From: an uncultured Chloroflexia bacterium
GTDB lineage: Bacteria > Chloroflexota > Anaerolineae > JAAYZQ01
NCBI GenBank assembly: GCA_963700285.1
Contig: CAVOXA010000001.1
Span: 1,248,001-1,312,000 of the forward strand
Direction of reading: 5' to 3'
DNA: 64,000 nt
Positions 30,829-40,843 of this stretch are shown here, piece by piece. The translations under genes were made by a program, and so were the position numbers. The notes under the pieces were generated by a model. It was not told the origin of the DNA, did not search any database, and worked only from the letters and a program-made list of their open reading frames with translations. Position 1 is the stretch's first letter, and the number at the start of each line of letters is the position of its first letter.

Positions 30829-32355
30829 CTAGTATTGGATCTGGAGATGATAGGGTTGCTTGCTGCCCAGCCCGCTGGCATTGTGGATCTGGATGTAGTA
30901 GTGCCCAGCCGGTATCGTGGCCTCGACGAACTCATCCTGGTTGCCCAACGACAACGAATACCATCCTGGATGCGTTGCGAGATTGTCATCCCGGAGCACG
31001 AGATCGTAGTTATGCCCGGCTGGGATATTCTTGAGCCAAAGCTTGACGCTGCCCTGTGTGGACAGATCGAAAAAGTAATAATCCTTTACATCCTGCCCAC
31101 TGGGGAAGGCACCGTAATAGACCAAGCCTGACACGAGGGGACCGTTGGCTTGGAGGGAGGCGTCGTCGTTCGGCTCTTTTTCCCAAAAGACGTCTACCCT
31201 CTCGACCTTCGACCAGGCGCTGTCTCCCCATCGATTCTGAGCCTTGACCCGGTAAAAGAACCGTGTTGCGCCCTGTCCTACCACTTGAAAGACGGTACCT
31301 GGCCCAGCGTATCGCTCCAGTGCAGAGGCAAAGTTAGAGTCCCTGGTTTCCTCCAGAACGTAGGTCTCGGCCCCGACGGCTGCATCCCACCGGATAGCAT
31401 AGGCGCCGTCACCATCCGTATTGTCAATCGCCTGCAGCGCCGGGGCCCCAGGCAAGGGAGGCCAGCGTTGCATGACCGTGGGCAGAAAAGCCCGCCATTT
31501 TCCATCGTCGTCCAGAACAGTCACAGTCACATCGTCCGGCTTGAGGCCGTCGTAGGCAGGGTCGCTGCTGATACTGGGTCCGACCTGAATCAGGCAGATC
31601 TGCTCTCCATCTTCCTCGATGTCGTCGCTGGCTGATACCCTCGCTTCTGTACCGCTGTCCCAGTTCTCTTGATCCAGGATGACTGAAGGAGGTGAGATGG
31701 TGCACTCGTTGTTGGATGCAGCCAACGGGATGGTGACAGTCACGCCAGGTGAGCTCGTGATAGTCAGTGTAAAAACGGCCGTTCCATCCGGTTCGGCCAC
31801 GGTCAAGCTGGTAGGGCTAACACCGATTGCGGTCGTGTCATTGTCCTCAATGGTGGCGGTCAGCAGTACAGGATCCAGACCCGTGTAGTCAGGGTCGGTA
31901 CTGGCAGTGTAATGAGTGACAGTTCCACTGTGCAGCCCTTCAGCTACAGCGTCGTCCTCAGCCCAGACAGATACTTGCTGAGGCACATCCCAGTCGCCGG
32001 CATCAAAGATCAGCACGCCAAGGCTAACCGCAGTCTGGCTGTCTGCAGAGACCGAGACGATCACGGGCGTGGAGGGTTTCTTTGTCAAGACTACCTGATA
32101 GGTGGTCGGGGGGCCCCCCTCCGCCAGATCCACAGACGATGGCTCCACACTCAGGCCCGGTTTGGCCGACGTGGTTTGAGGCTCAGGCTGGCTGACAGAA
32201 AGACCATCCAATGATTCTGTTGTGAGCGGGCTAGGATTGACTCCAGTGTAATCTGCCTGCACTGCTTTTGCTGGCACGAACAAGGCACAGAGCAAGGCCC
32301 ATGCAACGGCCCAACTGGCTGCAGTCCTTCTCCTGCTGCGCACTAGCACTTTCAT
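30829..32355 (-). CDS. Secreted protein: two Calx-beta/Ig-like modules, LP motif, FN3, PPC-like domain
   Basis: Signal peptide ending VQA; repeated W..PQ.V.V.A.DD...EG....S.DP.Y; FLPTVMQRWPP; FFYRVKA.N.WG.S.WS; EKEPND; DYYFF; NYDLVL. Confidence 0.8.
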   Translation of the reverse strand: MKVLVRSRRRTAASWAVAWALLCALFVPAKAVQADYTGVNPSPLTTESLDGLSVSQPEPQTTSAKPGLSVEPSSVDLAEGGPPTTYQVVLTKKPSTPVIVSVSADSQTAVSLGVLIFDAGDWDVPQQVSVWAEDDAVAEGLHSGTVTHYTASTDPDYTGLDPVLLTATIEDNDTTAIGVSPTSLTVAEPDGTAVFTLTITSSPGVTVTIPLAASNNECTISPPSVILDQENWDSGTEARVSASDDIEEDGEQICLIQVGPSISSDPAYDGLKPDDVTVTVLDDDGKWRAFLPTVMQRWPPLPGAPALQAIDNTDGDGAYAIRWDAAVGAETYVLEETRDSNFASALERYAGPGTVFQVVGQGATRFFYRVKAQNRWGDSAWSKVERVDVFWEKEPNDDASLQANGPLVSGLVYYGAFPSGQDVKDYYFFDLSTQGSVKLWLKNIPAGHNYDLVLRDDNLATHPGWYSLSLGNQDEFVEATIPAGHYYIQIHNASGLGSKQPYHLQIQY

Positions 32356-32499
32356 GTTGCGAGTCTGCGAACTCTGGCTGGTGCCTGGAATACCCCTAAC
32401 CTCGAGGGCCCACAACTCAGGGCCATGACTCCACCTACAGCCAGTCGACTGCTCGTCAATCCTCCTGCCCTCTCAGTGGCGGCCACATGTGGCCATCTG

Positions 32500-34210
32500 T
32501 CACTCGTATGCGGCCCGCAGGTGGTAGGGCTGCGAGCTGCCGCCTCCATCCCGGTGGAAGACCTGGATCAAGTAGCGTCCAGCGGGTACCGAGACCTTGA
32601 TATACTCGTCATTGTTGAAAAGCTGAGCTGAGTAGCCCTTGGTGTTCAAGTTGATATCACGCAGGACCAGGTCATAGTTCTGTCCGGCAGGGATGTCTGT
32701 CAAGCGGAGCTCCACGGCGCGCCTGGTGGGCATTACAAAGTAAAAGTAATCGCTGACGTCTTGAGCCCCCGGGGGAAAAGTTCCAAAGTAGGTCAGACCG
32801 GACATGATGGGACCGTTTGCCTCGGCTGCGGAGTCGTTGGGCTCGGCCTCCCACAGCACGTCCACCTTCTGCGCGTTGGACCACGAACTCTCACCTGAGG
32901 GGTTTCGAGATTTGACGCGATAGAAAAGCCTGGAGGCGCCGTTTCCCACCACCTCAAAGGCAGTGTCCGCCCCCACATAGAATCTCTTGGGTCCCCTGGA
33001 AGCTGTTGTCTGTGGCCTCTTCCAGGATGTAGGTCTTGGCCCTAGCGGCGGTGCTCCAGTTGACCGAGTAGTCTCCAACGCCACCGGGGTTCAGGATGGG
33101 CTGCAGGGATGGTGTCTCGGGTACCGGGGGCCAGATTCGAATTATGACTGGCAGTAGGGCCGTTTGCGCCAGGGCCCCCCCCACCCTGGTTGACTTGGGC
33201 AGGCTCCATCCGCTCATAACACCGCCGGGCCCGTTGGCCCGCACATGGTAGTACCAGATACCCTCAGGCTGATCCTGAACCTGATAGTCGTTGTTGGCCC
33301 CCAGGTAGCGCGTGGTCGGGCTGTTGAACGCCGCATTGTCGTCCTCCTGCAGGGTATAGGAGCTGGCGCCGGCCACCGCGCTCCACGCCACGAGGTAGTT
33401 GGGTTCGTTGTCGGGGTTCACAATGTCGAAGAGCTGCGGGACACCGATGATCACCGTGGCCGACACCGTATTGGACGGACGACTGACTGTCCCGGTGCCA
33501 ATGGCAAAGACCCGGTAGTACCAGGTGCCCGGAGCCCTGTTTGGGAGCACCACCTCAGAATCGGGACCAGTATAGACAGAGGCCGGCGAGTCAAAAGCGC
33601 TACTGATATCCTCCTCGAGCACGTACGCCACGGCCCCCGTTACTTCACTCCACGCTACCAAGTAGCTGCCGTCGCCGTCCTCATTGTCGATCTGCTCCAG
33701 CACTGGGGCTGCCGGCTTGATGAAAATGTCTGCATCCGCGGGCGGTACGTCGGGAAGCGTGCCCGCGCTGCCCTTGAGCGTGAGCGATGCTGTGTTTGTT
33801 GCCATCTGGCCAGCGCCCCCGATCACCTTCATCCTGAAAGTGACGACCTGAGTGCGGTTCATCTTGAGCGTGCCGTCCCACATCACACTCTCAGTCACTG
33901 GCGGCACAGCCGGGACATAGGCAGCGTCACCCGTGATCGAGTCCTGCACGATTTCGAACCAGGCTGGCTTGGGATTCCTGTCGATCACGGTCAGCTCGGC
34001 GTCCTGGACCCATCTGTTTCGGAAGGTCAGCGTGATCTCCACCTCATCGCCTACATCCACGCCGTCCTCTGGGGTAGTACTCTTGGACAGCGTGAAATCG
34101 GCCAGGGGATCTTGCGGCTCGGCAACAGCGCCAGAGGCCACGGAAACGGTGGCGATGATGAAAACAAGGACTAGTCTGGCGACGTGCATGGCACGGCGTC
34201 TAGGGGCCAT
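32500..34210 (-). CDS. Secreted protein: DUF11-like, FN3 x2, LP motif, FN3, PPC-like domain (frameshift near 32980)
   Basis: Signal peptide; three Y.V.WS...A..Y.L.E....F...Y.G..YYRV repeats; LLPVIIRIWPP. C-terminal module (ORF 32500-33084) is clearly paralogous to that of 30829-32355. Confidence 0.8.
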
Positions 34211-34529
34211 TGCTTCTCTCTCCTGCTGGTAAAAGCTCGTCTAGGTTCTCAATCTGATGTCTGAGGCTCGAGACTTGGCGTCGCGCACACTCGGGGCCAT
34301 CATACCCACACCCGCGTCTGCTGGCTGTAACGCAGCATACGATCCGAAGTCGCTCCCGATTCGCAGAACGTGCCGCCCTGTCTCCTGTACAGCCGCACCT
34401 TGAGGATCTGCCAATCACGCTGCTCTAGGCAATCTCTGTGCATCCAATGGCTTTGCTCAGGACTCGAGCCGACGCACTGGCCATAACCACATCAAGGTTG
34501 CTGTGGCCATGATGCGGTCTAGAGACTTC

Positions 34530-35777
34530 CTACGGGGGCGGCGGCTCTGGCGTACCGTCGCCTCCTCCGCCGCCTCCTCCAGACCGTTTCCACTCCAGCG
34601 TTCGCACCTCGCTCAGTGGGCTGCGTGCCGTGCCTTCGGGTTTGCCTTCGTTGTTGATGCCCGTACGGCGCATTACCCGTACCGCCCAACGGAATTCTCC
34701 ATTGTCGGACAGATCGAGAAGATAACGGTGCTCGCTCATGTCCCAACTTGGCTGTTTGGTCCATGGCGTCTCGTCGTACCACGTCTCCCCGAACCGGAGA
34801 AAGGCCACCGTAGGTACATAGTATTCGTCCGGCGCCAACTGTCCCACAGGCTCCCAACGCAAGACCACGCTATCGTTGGACGAGTAGACCCGACCCTCCG
34901 GCGGAGACTGCAGTACCGGAGCTGGAAACTGCGGGCCCGCCGTTGGTCTAAGTGTTGCGGTGGGTGAAGGACTGGTCGGCCTGGCCGTGGGCCTGGGAGT
35001 ATTCGTTGGCGCAACGGTCGCCGTGGGCTCCAGAGTCGGTGTGGCGGTCGCCGTTGGTGGGGTAGTAGCAGTAGCTGTGGGCGATTGGCTAGCCGTCGGC
35101 TTGGTCTCGGGCGTGCCCTGTCCTGGTGTTGCAGCAGCCTGGACAGGTTCTGTCGGCAAAGGGGTTGGCGTCGGCGAAGGCGTGGCGCTGGGTGACTTGG
35201 TTGCAGTCGGGGTAGGAGGGAGTGTCGGCGAGCTGGACTGGGAAGGCAAAGAGGTCTTGGTCGGTTCTGGTGACGATGTCGGCGACGCGGCCGGCGTAGA
35301 GATAGAGACCTCGGTAGAGGTTTTGCCGGAGACGCTGGTGGCCGTGCTTTGCGCCAGAGCTACTGCTTTGGTAGGCGTAGCTGAACCTGTCAGCCCCGTT
35401 GCCGGTCCAAGGAACAGGAACAGTCCGGCGATCAGCGCAACCGCCGCCAGGGCCATGCCGGCAATAGCCCACCCAGGAAGCCTGCGGCTCTGCCCTTTTG
35501 AACGCCCGATCCACGAAATCGTCGTTGGTTTTTCGACAACGCCCTCTGACTGAGTCGCTTTGAAGCGCGGGCAGGCAGCCCACTCACCCTCCAGGCAGGT
35601 ACTGGCCTGGTAGGCGAGCTCAATGCTTAGCGGCGGGCTCTGCGTGTGGCACTGGTTGGCAGCACTGGGATAGGCGTGGTGGGTTTCAGCGTCCACCTGC
35701 CAACCCAAAAAGGGGCACACCCCATTTGAGGCAAACCCTTCAGCCGGATCTGTTCCTGGTCCCCTTTTCTCAGACAT
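34530..35777 (-). CDS. Single-pass membrane protein: N-terminal Cys/His cluster, Pro/Thr-rich stalk, C-terminal beta domain
   Basis: CPFLG...NQCH...CL....CP, one TM, long PT/PS repeats. RBS AAGGAAGGGG; promoter TTGCGA-17-TATACT at 35826-35854. Confidence 0.75.
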   Translation of the reverse strand: MSEKRGPGTDPAEGFASNGVCPFLGWQVDAETHHAYPSAANQCHTQSPPLSIELAYQASTCLEGEWAACPRFKATQSEGVVEKPTTISWIGRSKGQSRRLPGWAIAGMALAAVALIAGLFLFLGPATGLTGSATPTKAVALAQSTATSVSGKTSTEVSISTPAASPTSSPEPTKTSLPSQSSSPTLPPTPTATKSPSATPSPTPTPLPTEPVQAAATPGQGTPETKPTASQSPTATATTPPTATATPTLEPTATVAPTNTPRPTARPTSPSPTATLRPTAGPQFPAPVLQSPPEGRVYSSNDSVVLRWEPVGQLAPDEYYVPTVAFLRFGETWYDETPWTKQPSWDMSEHRYLLDLSDNGEFRWAVRVMRRTGINNEGKPEGTARSPLSEVRTLEWKRSGGGGGGGDGTPEPPPP

Positions 35778-36099
35778 GCCCCTTCCTTGCTCTTGCCTCG
35801 TTGGCAACCGGACGGTGTTAGTCTCAGTATAGCACAGCGCGGCCAATATCGCAAGAACCGCTTCCTCGTCTCCCGCTTGGTGTGGCACTGGGCGCGCAGC
35901 CGGCGGCTGTACACCGGCCGCCTTGCGGAACGCACAATAAACCTGCCCGCGGATCCTCCAAACGGACTGGCTGGCGCTTACGTATCATACCGCCAAAGCC
36001 AATCAAAGGATACGGCTCTGGGCTCGAATTCTGGCAGAATGGAAACACGCGAGTCTCTGCCTAAAAGACACAGCCCAGTGCTGGGTAGCCTGGCGGCCC

Positions 36100-37746
36100 C
36101 TAGTCCTGGGCCTTGCCCCAGCCACCGCCTCCCGGTGTGCATACGATCAGCCGGTCACTCGGTTTCACCCTGAGTTCTGCCTTGCCCGGCAGGGCTATCT
36201 CTTTCCCATCACGTATGAGCAGGTTCCGGCCACATGCGCCTGGCTGGCCTCCTCGCAACCCGTAGGGTACAGTACGCCGGCGCTCGGTGAGCAGCGTTAC
36301 AGTCGCTGGGGAGAGAAACTCGATCTCTCGCACCACGCCGTGGCCGCCATGATGTTTCCCCGCGCCGCCAGAGCCCCTTCTCAGGGAATAGCGCCGCACG
36401 CGAAAAGGATAGGTATACTCTAGCGCCTCAACCGGCGTGTTCAGCGTGTTGCTCATGTGCACGTGCGCGCCGGACAAGCCATTCCCCTTCGGACTTGCTC
36501 CTGCTCCTCCCCCAACCGTCTCATAGTAGGCAAAGGCAGTGCCCCTCTCAGGGTCGTGCCCGCCAATGGCCACGTTGTTCATCGTGCCCTGGCTGGCTGC
36601 CGGGACCAGATCAGGCAAGGCTTTTGCCAATGCCCCCAAGACGGCATCTACGATGCGCTGGGATGTCTCGACGTTGCCCCCGGCGACCGCATGGGGTGGA
36701 GGAGCGTCCAAGAAGCTATCCTCGGGAACCACCACCCTTACCGGCGCAAAGGTACCACTGTTGCCCGGGATATCAGCGCCGGCCACGCAGCGCACGCAGT
36801 ACCAGGTTGCCGACTCGGTGATAGCTCGTACTGCATTGATGCCTCCAGCCACTGCCGGGCTGGAACCTGTGAAATCCACGACCATATGGTCGCCGTCCAC
36901 GGTGACCTCCACCCGAATCTGCGGACCCTGCCCTGCAGCACCTGCTGCGTTCTGCCGGGCTTCTTCCGCCAACCTGGGACCGTGGAGCGAGAACTCTACG
37001 GAGCCCGTGCCATCATCGTCCATCTCATCGCCAAAGGCATAGACGCCATCGGGTATGCGGGCGATGGCGGCACGCGTCAGTCGTTCTGCATAGGCGAGCA
37101 AGCCGTGGGCATAGTGGCTCGTTTCCTGAAGGCCGTACAGGGCTACGATCTCCTGCATGCGTTGCTCGCCAACCTGATGGGCGGCCATCTGGGCCGCCAA
37201 ATCCCCGCGGCGCTCCACCGGCGTGCGCACATTTCTCGCAATGATGTCCAAAGCGGCGTGGTTGATCTGCCCGGCCTCGACCAGTTTGACTGGGGGCAGG
37301 ATAATGCCTTCCTGGTAAATTTCGGTTGCCAGGGGCATGGAGCCCGGCGTCATCCCGCCTACATCGGCGTGGTGGGCGCGACTGGCAACAAAGAAAGAGG
37401 GCGTGTCCAACCCCCCAACAAAGACTGGCGAAACCATGGTAATGTCTGGCAAGTGGGTGCCGCCGAGGTAGGGATCGTTCAACACCACGAGATCCCCAGG
37501 GGACCAGTGCTCAAAGACCTGCAACGCGGCCCGAACCGATGCGGGCATGGCGCCCAGATGCACCGGGATGTGGGCTGCCTGGGCGATCATCTGCGCATCG
37601 GCCAGGAAACAGGCGCAGGAAAAATCGCGGCGTTCCTTGATGTTGGGGCTGTACGCCGTGCGGCCCAGCGTTACACCCATTTCCTCAGCCACCGAGGCGA
37701 ACAGGTTCCGAAAGATCTCCAGGGCGATGGGATCGATTGGGTTCAC
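36100..37746 (-). CDS. Hydantoinase B / 5-oxoprolinase subunit B
   Basis: AYSPNIKERRDFSC, HIPVHLG, NDPYLGGTHLPD, HHADVGGMTPGS, SQGTMNN, YYET..GG, TPGGGGWG. Confidence 0.93.
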   Translation of the reverse strand: MNPIDPIALEIFRNLFASVAEEMGVTLGRTAYSPNIKERRDFSCACFLADAQMIAQAAHIPVHLGAMPASVRAALQVFEHWSPGDLVVLNDPYLGGTHLPDITMVSPVFVGGLDTPSFFVASRAHHADVGGMTPGSMPLATEIYQEGIILPPVKLVEAGQINHAALDIIARNVRTPVERRGDLAAQMAAHQVGEQRMQEIVALYGLQETSHYAHGLLAYAERLTRAAIARIPDGVYAFGDEMDDDGTGSVEFSLHGPRLAEEARQNAAGAAGQGPQIRVEVTVDGDHMVVDFTGSSPAVAGGINAVRAITESATWYCVRCVAGADIPGNSGTFAPVRVVVPEDSFLDAPPPHAVAGGNVETSQRIVDAVLGALAKALPDLVPAASQGTMNNVAIGGHDPERGTAFAYYETVGGGAGASPKGNGLSGAHVHMSNTLNTPVEALEYTYPFRVRRYSLRRGSGGAGKHHGGHGVVREIEFLSPATVTLLTERRRTVPYGLRGGQPGACGRNLLIRDGKEIALPGKAELRVKPSDRLIVCTPGGGGWGKAQD

Positions 37747-39773
37747 GGAGAACCACCCTGTACTACGAGGTTGCCCCACTCGTCCACCGTGGCAGCCCAG
37801 TTTTCGGGTACGATGGTCGTCGTGTCAAACTGAAAGAGCACAGCAGGCCCTATGACAATGTTGCCGGCCGCCAATTTCTCCCTCTGGTACAGGGCAGCCG
37901 GAACAGGGCGGGCAGCACGGGCGTTGCCCGAGTCCGCAAAGTGAACCTGCTTGTAGCCAACGTGCGCGGGCCTGGGATCGACGTCCCCCAGCGGTTGCCG
38001 CTGGAACTGGGGTTTGCTGGTGCTCCCGATCGCTTTGAGCCTCAGATTGACGATTTCCACAGGCTCGCCCCGGCTGGCGTACGAGAACCGCCGTTTGTGT
38101 ACCTCGTGAAAATCCTCCACGTACCGCTGCACATTCCCGCCTGTTCCGCTACTGACCGCGACGCCCAGTTCGTAGGACTGGCCTACGTAGCGCATGTCAA
38201 GCGTGGGGAGCAGGGTAATCTCTCCCTCGATGTTTTCGGCAAGGAGATCAGCCTGGGCGCGCTCGTACAGAGGGGCAAATAGCCGGGGCAGTGTTTGGGC
38301 CTCAGCCTCCTCGGGAGAGAGCATGACTGTCCGAGAATAGTCCTTGGTGATATCGGCCAGGACCATGCCCAGGGCTGACAGGACGCCGGGATGAGGTGGG
38401 ATGAGGACCCGGGGGATATGGAGCGCCGCAGCCAGTTCGCAGGCGTGCAGCGGCCCTGCTCCTCCAAAGGATACAAGCGTAAATCGCCGCGGATCGTAGC
38501 CGCGCTCGACCGAGATCCTACGGATGGCCCGTTCCATATTCGAGTTGGCAACCCGGATCACGCCCCAGGCTGCAACTTCCAGAGGCAAGCTCAAGCTGCG
38601 CGCCAGAGCTTGCATATGATCCCGGGTACGAGCCATGTCCAAATGCATCTTGCCGCCCAAAAAGTGTTCTGGATCCAGACGGCCCAAGACCAGATTGGCA
38701 TCGGTCACTGTGACGGCATGGGCATTTTCCCTGCCATAGCACAGCGGGCCAGGATTCGAGCCCGCGCTCTCGGGTCCCACGCGCAGGGCGCCACCCTCAT
38801 CCAGCCGGGCAATGGAACCCCCGCCGGCCCCGACAGTATGGATATCGATGATCGGCAGGCGAAGCGGCAGGCCGGCAATGTCTCCTTCCGTGGTCTGCTG
38901 GACCCGTCCGGGACAGAGCGAGACATCGGTACTGGTACCACCCATGTCGAAGGTGATCGCCTGCTCGAAACCGGCCATTTTCGCCAGCTCAAAGCCGCCC
39001 ACGACGCCACCGGCGGGGCCCGAAAGGGCAGTCCTTGCGGCCTGATCGCAGGCTGCCTTGGCGGAGATCATGCCACCGTTGGACTGCATGATCCGAAGCC
39101 GTCGCCCAGCCAGTCCTTCCTCCAGGCTGGAGATGTAGCGGCTTAGTAGCGGGGCGACGTAGGCGTTTATGACGGTGGTAGACGTGCGCTCGTATTCCCG
39201 GAACTCGGGCAGCACATCCGATGACAAGGACACAAAGGGGGCAGCTTCCCCATTGAGGGCCACCAACCGGTCGCGGATGGCGTGCTCGTGATCGGGGTTC
39301 AGAAAAGAAAAGAGGAAGCAGATGGCTACGGACTCGATGCTCTCGGCCATTATCTGCCGGATGACGGTGTCGGTGGCCTCGGGCTCAAGGGGCTCGAGCA
39401 CAGCGCCGTCCTTGCCCAGTCGCTCGGGCAGCTCAAAACGCCAGTATCCCGGCACGAGAGGCGCTGGGCGTGTGGGATGCAAGGTGTACAGCGCGCTCCG
39501 GGTCTGGCGACCGATCTCAAGGACATCGCGGAAACCCTGGGTGGTGATCAGGGCTGTGCGGGCGCCACGCCGTTCCAACAGTGCATTCGTAGCCACCGTG
39601 GCGCCGTGGATGATGGTGACCTCAGGCCCGGCATCCAGGTCGATGATCCCCTGCAATACGGAGAAGGACGGATCGCGGGCCGAGGTCAGCAGTTTGTGAA
39701 TGCTGACCTGGCCCGCGTCGTCCAGTAGAACAAAGTCGGTGAAGGTACCGCCGACATCTGTACCAAGGATCAT
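37743..39773 (-). CDS. Hydantoinase A / 5-oxoprolinase subunit A
   Basis: DVGGTFTD, HGATVATNALLER, EYERTSTT, SGPAGG, DMGGTSTD, GAGGGS, GGAGPLH. Confidence 0.93.
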   Translation of the reverse strand: MILGTDVGGTFTDFVLLDDAGQVSIHKLLTSARDPSFSVLQGIIDLDAGPEVTIIHGATVATNALLERRGARTALITTQGFRDVLEIGRQTRSALYTLHPTRPAPLVPGYWRFELPERLGKDGAVLEPLEPEATDTVIRQIMAESIESVAICFLFSFLNPDHEHAIRDRLVALNGEAAPFVSLSSDVLPEFREYERTSTTVINAYVAPLLSRYISSLEEGLAGRRLRIMQSNGGMISAKAACDQAARTALSGPAGGVVGGFELAKMAGFEQAITFDMGGTSTDVSLCPGRVQQTTEGDIAGLPLRLPIIDIHTVGAGGGSIARLDEGGALRVGPESAGSNPGPLCYGRENAHAVTVTDANLVLGRLDPEHFLGGKMHLDMARTRDHMQALARSLSLPLEVAAWGVIRVANSNMERAIRRISVERGYDPRRFTLVSFGGAGPLHACELAAALHIPRVLIPPHPGVLSALGMVLADITKDYSRTVMLSPEEAEAQTLPRLFAPLYERAQADLLAENIEGEITLLPTLDMRYVGQSYELGVAVSSGTGGNVQRYVEDFHEVHKRRFSYASRGEPVEIVNLRLKAIGSTSKPQFQRQPLGDVDPRPAHVGYKQVHFADSGNARAARPVPAALYQREKLAAGNIVIGPAVLFQFDTTTIVPENWAATVDEWGNLVVQGGSP

Positions 39774-40717
39774 GCTACAGCGACCGGCTCCGGGTCGGAT
39801 GGTGAATCAAGGCAGGCGAGGTCACGGTAGGCCAGCGTCCACGCCGCTGAGGTAAAGGTCTCGATGAAGGCGACGATGACAGCAAAGACCACCGCGGCAA
39901 TCACGCCTCCGCAGCATAGCGGGCCGACGGCCCAGGACGCCGGGTCTGCACTGGTCAGCAGGGCGATGAAGGGCAGCATCAGCACCACCATGGCGGCGGT
40001 GATCAGAAGGGCCAGCCCCATCCCAATCAAGAAAAAGATGATCCACAGGACGATCGTGGGACCAAGGTTCTCTTTCAGCACCTCCCAGCCTCGCTTGAAA
40101 GCGTCGATCCAGCCCAGGCCCTCCATGATAGCCGCTCGCTCGGCATAGATTCGGATCTGTGCCAGAACCAGGGCGATGATAAACAGCCCGCACAGAAAGG
40201 TAACGCTGCAGCAGGCTACCGGCGCCAGAATGGCCCCGATGCGGCCCAGCCCTGAGGAACTCCCCGAAGCCGACAGCCCAGCAAAGAACGTGGTACCCAG
40301 GACCGCAATCCCCAGCAGTAAGGCGATGATCATGGGGATGGCCGCCAGGATGCCGATGCCGAACAGCGTCCAGAAGCGGCTGGCGCCTGCCCGCCACGCC
40401 CGGCCAAAGCTGGTGTCGCCTTCCTCCTCCACCTGTTGGACGCCTGCAATCAACCCGCCGCGGGCTATCACCGATATGACCCACAGGGCAATGCCGATGA
40501 TGAGGCCCAGACAGGCGGCGCCGGCAAGGGCCCCGAATACCTCGGGAGGGATCCCGAAATCTTTTGGCCCGCCCCATTCGCCACTGCCTGTGGTGTAGCG
40601 AGTGTTGCTCCCTCCGCTCATGGCTCGCCCCAGGCCGGCCAGCAGACCCAGGATCCAGAGCACCTTCCAGCGCCAACTAATTTGCCATGCGCGTGCTAGA
40701 ACGTTTCCATAATCCAT
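39770..40717 (-). CDS. Integral membrane protein (4-5 TM), function unknown
   Basis: Hydrophobic segments; ATGA overlap with the hydantoinase A start. Confidence 0.75.
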   Translation of the reverse strand: MDYGNVLARAWQISWRWKVLWILGLLAGLGRAMSGGSNTRYTTGSGEWGGPKDFGIPPEVFGALAGAACLGLIIGIALWVISVIARGGLIAGVQQVEEEGDTSFGRAWRAGASRFWTLFGIGILAAIPMIIALLLGIAVLGTTFFAGLSASGSSSGLGRIGAILAPVACCSVTFLCGLFIIALVLAQIRIYAERAAIMEGLGWIDAFKRGWEVLKENLGPTIVLWIIFFLIGMGLALLITAAMVVLMLPFIALLTSADPASWAVGPLCCGGVIAAVVFAVIVAFIETFTSAAWTLAYRDLACLDSPSDPEPVAVA

Positions 40718-40843
40718 TTCTTGCCTCCTCTTCTGGGTTTTGCTTCCTCGAACTGTGCGGCTCGCACCAATGCAGCCGCTTCAAAACAGCTTTTCCGGGG
40801 CCCGCGTTGATCTCGGCCCTGGTGCCGGCAAAGGCACGTCCAC

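Noticed and set aside
36457-37833. Long antisense or alternative-frame ORFs (also 33245-34174, 45723-46562, 47149-48048, 59010-60083)
   Set aside because: Shadow ORFs expected opposite GC3-rich genes; no motifs or RBS.
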